Assembly: GCA_964455705.1 (NCBI GenBank)
Contig: CAYVYM010000006.1
Span: forward strand, 25,805 to 89,804
DNA from: an uncultured Rikenella sp.
GTDB lineage: Bacteria; Bacteroidota; Bacteroidia; Bacteroidales; VadinHA17
Length of the DNA stretch: 64,000 nucleotides
Direction: 5' to 3'
The notes below the pieces were generated by a model. That model had not been told where the DNA came from. It did no database searches and was given only the letters and a program-made list of their open reading frames with translations. This document shows positions 62,458 through 64,000 of the stretch, in pieces. The stretch's first letter is position 1. The number at the start of each line of letters is the position of its first letter. The position numbers and the translations under genes are program-made.

Positions 62458-64000
62458 CTAGTAACCCGGGTTTTGCCAGAAGCCTTCAGGATCGGGACCT
62501 GAGGTCTTATTTGTAATGGCGTCCATCTGCGGCTGTGGTATGGGCCTCAGTGTGTGGAACGTCTGGATATTTGGGGCAGCAGCGCCGTTGTACAGTGTGA
62601 CTCTTTCAACAAGGGTGCCGGTACGCTTGAGGTCGAACCAGCGCTGCTGTTCACCGCACAGCTCGCGTGCCCTCTCGTCAAGTATCACACTGATATCCTT
62701 AGCAGATACCTGTGCCAGTTCGGAAGTGGTCAGCGTATTATCTTGACCGGGAATGGCGCGTACTGTCCGCAGGTCATTCAGTTTTTGTGTTGCGGGGCCC
62801 GACTGACCGGCCATCATATAACCTTCTGCGGCGATAAGGTACATCTCTGAGAGCCTGAAGATAAAGGCATCCTTTGAACCAAGGTCTCTGATTACGGTTC
62901 CGGTATAGTCATCGAACTTCTTAAGGGCTATGAACATACGGTTACCCCTATAGTTCTGCACACCGCTGGTTGAGGTGGCAATCGTAGGCATTGTTGCTGC
63001 TTCGGTCTCATAGAGCGGCCACACCACTGGGTCTCCCACGTCGGTGCGTGAGAAAAGGACATACCTGTTGGCTGCCCTGGCTACCTGTGCGGCCGTTACA
63101 GTCTCAGGTGAGAGGTAGAGTCCGGTGTCACGCATGAGTGCATAACCTGCAGGAGGCTCCACCCCGCCTTCAAAGGCTGCAGTAAACTGAGGAGCAATGT
63201 AGTAGACATCACGGAACGAGGCCTGGTAGCGCTGGTCAGTCTCACGGTTGAACACATCAAGAAGGTAACCTGAAGGTACATACCTCGTAAATCCTTTTGA
63301 ATAAGGCTGATAGCTCAGTCCAACATTATAGACCTCACCCCTGAAGGTAATATTCTTATTGGCTTCAGTATCTGTCCGCCGGAGGATAGCTGAGGTAGCC
63401 GGGACACTGTTCCAGACGCCTGTAAACATCAGGTGGGCCGGGCTGCCACCGATAGCGTTGGCTGCATTTCTGAGTATCATCCCTGACCATGTCATCTGGT
63501 TGTTGTTGGCATCAAGTTTGAGCCTTGGAGGCATGATATTGAATGCCAGCTCGGTTGAGTAGTCTACGTGCCAGATGACCTCCCTGTTATTTACCCCGTC
63601 TTCGTTTGCTCCCAGCCAGCAGTCGGCATAGCTGGTGAAGAATGATGCGCCGCTGCCTGTGATCACCTCCTCAGCCTGAGCTGCTGCGGCTGTGTAAGCA
63701 GCAGCATCATTGAACTTGCTGGCTTTATAGATCAGCAGTCGTGCCCGCAATGCTTTTGCAGCCCACAGATTGATGCGGCCTGTCCTGGCTGTACGGGCCT
63801 GCAGGTGCACGATGGATTCATCGACATCATTAAGCATGAATGTATAGACATCCTGTTCCGAAGAGCGGTATGCCAGGCTTGATATGCTGCTCACCGGTTC
63901 ACTGTTTATCTGAACGGGGCCCCATGTCTCAACCAGGTGCCAGTAATAGAAAGCCCTGAGGGCCTTCAGTTCTCCGAGGAACTGATCCCTTTCAAGAGCT
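62458..64000 (-). CDS. susD: SusD/RagB-family protein; the 5' end lies beyond the window
   Basis: The track start at 63894 is an internal GTG. The frame stays open to position 64000 and reads ALERDQFLGELKALRAFYYWHLVETWGPVQINSEP..., a typical SusD block. The C-terminus is ...RWFDLKRTG...GFWQNPGY. Confidence 0.85.
   Translation of the reverse strand, partial: ALERDQFLGELKALRAFYYWHLVETWGPVQINSEPVSSISSLAYRSSEQDVYTFMLNDVDESIVHLQARTARTGRINLWAAKALRARLLIYKASKFNDAAAYTAAAAQAEEVITGSGASFFTSYADCWLGANEDGVNNREVIWHVDYSTELAFNIMPPRLKLDANNNQMTWSGMILRNAANAIGGSPAHLMFTGVWNSVPATSAILRRTDTEANKNITFRGEVYNVGLSYQPYSKGFTRYVPSGYLLDVFNRETDQRYQASFRDVYYIAPQFTAAFEGGVEPPAGYALMRDTGLYLSPETVTAAQVARAANRYVLFSRTDVGDPVVWPLYETEAATMPTIATSTSGVQNYRGNRMFIALKKFDDYTGTVIRDLGSKDAFIFRLSEMYLIAAEGYMMAGQSGPATQKLNDLRTVRAIPGQDNTLTTSELAQVSAKDISVILDERARELCGEQQRWFDLKRTGTLVERVTLYNGAAAPNIQTFHTLRPIPQPQMDAITNKTSGPDPEGFWQNPGY

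Noticed and set aside
1-64000. I searched for mobile-element or defence hallmarks: integrase, transposase, reverse transcriptase, Cas, restriction-modification and toxin-antitoxin genes, long terminal inverted repeats, and tRNA or rRNA genes.
   Set aside because: No ORF shows motifs of these families, and no tRNA or rRNA-like sequence was seen. The only hints of mobility are the low-GC island and the 31-codon HTH fragment, both reported with low confidence.

Overview
This is a Bacteroidota-type chromosomal segment: SusC/SusD pairs, T9SS and lipoprotein signals, TAnnTTTG-type -7 boxes and no Shine-Dalgarno sequences. It is densely coding, with about 41 intact genes and one decayed gene. I saw no rRNA, tRNA, CRISPR array, transposase, integrase or recognisable defence genes. 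All calls come from reading motifs by eye; no database search was possible.

Block A (1-43,680) looks like one large peptidoglycan (murein) scavenging and catabolism locus.
- Secreted or exported enzymes: a T9SS-secreted GH18, an Amidase_3-like giant protein, a GH9-CE4 fusion, a CE4 deacetylase, a GH3(NagZ)/beta-lactamase-fold fusion, the NamZ-type exo-muramidase (DUF1343), a YkfC-like NlpC/P60 endopeptidase and an L-Ala-D/L-Glu epimerase.
- Transport: two SusC/SusD pairs and an AmpG permease carrying an inserted domain.
- Cytoplasmic or unassigned: the murK-murQ-gntR operon, a GT2/DUF4922/SpoIID-like trio, a YdiJ-like FAD/Fe-S oxidase, a NagB-LmbE fusion, a full-length GKRP-like double-SIS paralog of MurQ, and Dcp.
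- Regulation: a palindrome TTGTAATACAA, which fits the GntR/FadR operator pattern, recurs in the intergenic regions of this block. Two copies sit in a conserved 38-bp promoter module.
- Composition: a two-gene low-GC island lies between the two SusC/SusD pairs.

Block B (43,681-51,473) is housekeeping. It holds a DUF3127 protein with an SSB-like tail coupled to three PPIases, then mnmD, a HAD gene, tkt and gnd. Unusual heptamer-based repeats and a hairpin array are interspersed.

Block C (51,496-64,000) is a pectin/hexuronate cluster: pdxB, a LarA-like enzyme, a HAD gene, an SDR, an MFS transporter, eda, uxaC, uxaE, a deletion remnant of a CE8 pectin methylesterase, GH28 and a partial SusD.
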